This document shows, in pieces, positions 63,249 through 64,000 of a stretch of 64,000 nucleotides of DNA. Source of the DNA: a virus; the IMG/VR virus record IMGVR_UViG_3300012642_000011, positions 128,001-192,000 of that record. One strand, 5' to 3'. The notes below the pieces were generated by a model, which saw nothing but the letters and a program-made list of their open reading frames with translations, was not told the DNA's origin and made no database searches. Every line of letters starts with the position of its first letter. The stretch's first letter is position 1. A program made the position numbers and the translations under genes.

Positions 63249-64000
63249 ATGGAACAGAACATGAAAGTCATCAAAGAAGACGATGAAAATATCTATGTAA
63301 AAGTAAAGAACATCAAAGGGAGAAGAAAGGCTCTAGGATTCCTCTCTCCTTTGACAGTCATGGCGTTTACAATTGTGTTCTCAATAGTCGCATCACTCTT
63401 ACTCATTGTATTCCCATCTGCCACACTTCTGATTTTGTTGATTGTCACCTCATTGTCAATGTTCGCAACTATGATTTTCGGACTTTGGTTCACTGACGAT
63501 ACGAAAAACTATAAGGAACTATTAAGATTCAGACTTCCCAATAAGAAGAAGTGGTATTTCATAGCGCCGATTGCCGGAATTCTCTTCTTCGCTGGACTAC
63601 AAGGTGCTGCATGGCTGATGGGGCAAATGGGACTCAGCGTTGAATCAAGTGATACATCAACTTCAGTTTCACAAGCACCAGGAGTAGTAGGAATTATTCT
63701 CATGGCTGTCTTTGTCCCAATCCTTGTCCCCATAATGGAAGAAATATTCTACCGTGGATATATTCTCTCCACTTTTGAACATTCCACAGAGAACAAGAAT
63801 ACAGGTTTAAAACTCGGTATCATCATGTCATCTGTCTTCTTCGGACTTGCTCACATTCAATTTACTGGAACAGCAACTGATTTCTTTATCCCGCTGTGGA
63901 CAGGTCTACTAGGTCTTGCCAATGCACTCTTGGTTGTGAAATCAAACTCCATCATCCCACCTATTCTTTTTCATGTGTTTTACAATGGAATCACTGTGTT
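63249..64000 (+). CDS. CPBP/CAAX-family intramembrane metalloprotease (Abi-like), 3' partial
   Basis: open to window end so absent from track; RBS agagggaaaaATG; motifs EEIFYRGYIL, FFGLAHI, HVFYN; multiple TM helices. Confidence 0.7.
   Translation, partial: MEQNMKVIKEDDENIYVKVKNIKGRRKALGFLSPLTVMAFTIVFSIVASLLLIVFPSATLLILLIVTSLSMFATMIFGLWFTDDTKNYKELLRFRLPNKKKWYFIAPIAGILFFAGLQGAAWLMGQMGLSVESSDTSTSVSQAPGVVGIILMAVFVPILVPIMEEIFYRGYILSTFEHSTENKNTGLKLGIIMSSVFFGLAHIQFTGTATDFFIPLWTGLLGLANALLVVKSNSIIPPILFHVFYNGITV

Overview
This 64-kb window looks like the tRNA and early-gene region of a large lytic-type dsDNA bacteriophage or phage-like element. It is almost entirely + strand and AT-rich by eye. The host is probably a low-GC Gram-positive bacterium; this is an inference from AGGAGG-type RBSs, TGn-extended -10 promoters and an LPxTG-like sorting signal in one cargo gene.

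**RNA genes.** I hand-folded about 36 canonical tRNA genes. Most have no encoded CCA. Several isoacceptors occur twice: Glu-CUC, His-GUG, Ser-UGA, Gly-UCC, Pro-UGG and Thr-GGU. One tRNA has a CUA (amber-suppressor) anticodon. Nearly all are driven by near-consensus TTGACA-17-TGnTATGAT/TATACT promoters.

Several tRNA-like RNAs are not canonical:
- A tRNA-Sec-like RNA with a Cys (GCA) anticodon (9-bp acceptor, 6-bp D stem, 6-bp anticodon stem, long V-arm, 4-bp T-stem) sits next to a normal tRNA-Cys.
- Three ~48-nt minihelices consist of an acceptor stem, a small hairpin and a T-arm, with no anticodon arm. Two carry the alanine identity set (G3:U70, A73).
- Three over-long or distorted tRNA-like genes: 141 nt with two T-arms, 107 nt, and one with an 11-nt anticodon loop.
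- One degenerate minus-strand tRNA remnant.

**Protein genes.**
- Three paralogous putative homing endonucleases (Zn-ribbon repeats plus a DUF559/Vsr-like nuclease) are interleaved with the tRNAs.
- An MmeI-like Type IIL restriction-modification fusion has an AT-rich segment of apparently foreign composition. A methyltransferase N-terminal fragment lies nearby.
- An IS607-family element (serine-recombinase TnpA plus TnpB) appears to split an AEP-like gene.
- A cassette flanked by 42-bp direct repeats encodes a signal-peptide, PT-repeat, LPxTG-like surface protein.
- Other recognisable genes: NucS/EndoMS-like nuclease, NadR plus PnuC, dCMP deaminase, MazG-like NTPase, CCA-adding enzyme, three NERD-like nucleases, an FtsK-like ATPase with a degenerate P-loop, and a partial CPBP/CAAX protease at the window end.
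- DnaE is split into a PHP/N-palm ORF and a polymerase-core ORF, with dnaX (clamp loader) lying between them.
- At least eight otherwise unrelated proteins share a ~40-aa N-terminal Cys-containing module, consensus roughly KYHI-x3-G-x4-C-x-A-x4-5-C-x5-8-HF-x-SK-x-EA-x3-FE.
- A minus-strand array of four paralogous small membrane-anchored Cys-rich proteins is separated by conserved hairpin terminators.

RNA coordinates were placed by hand and may be off by 1-2 nt.
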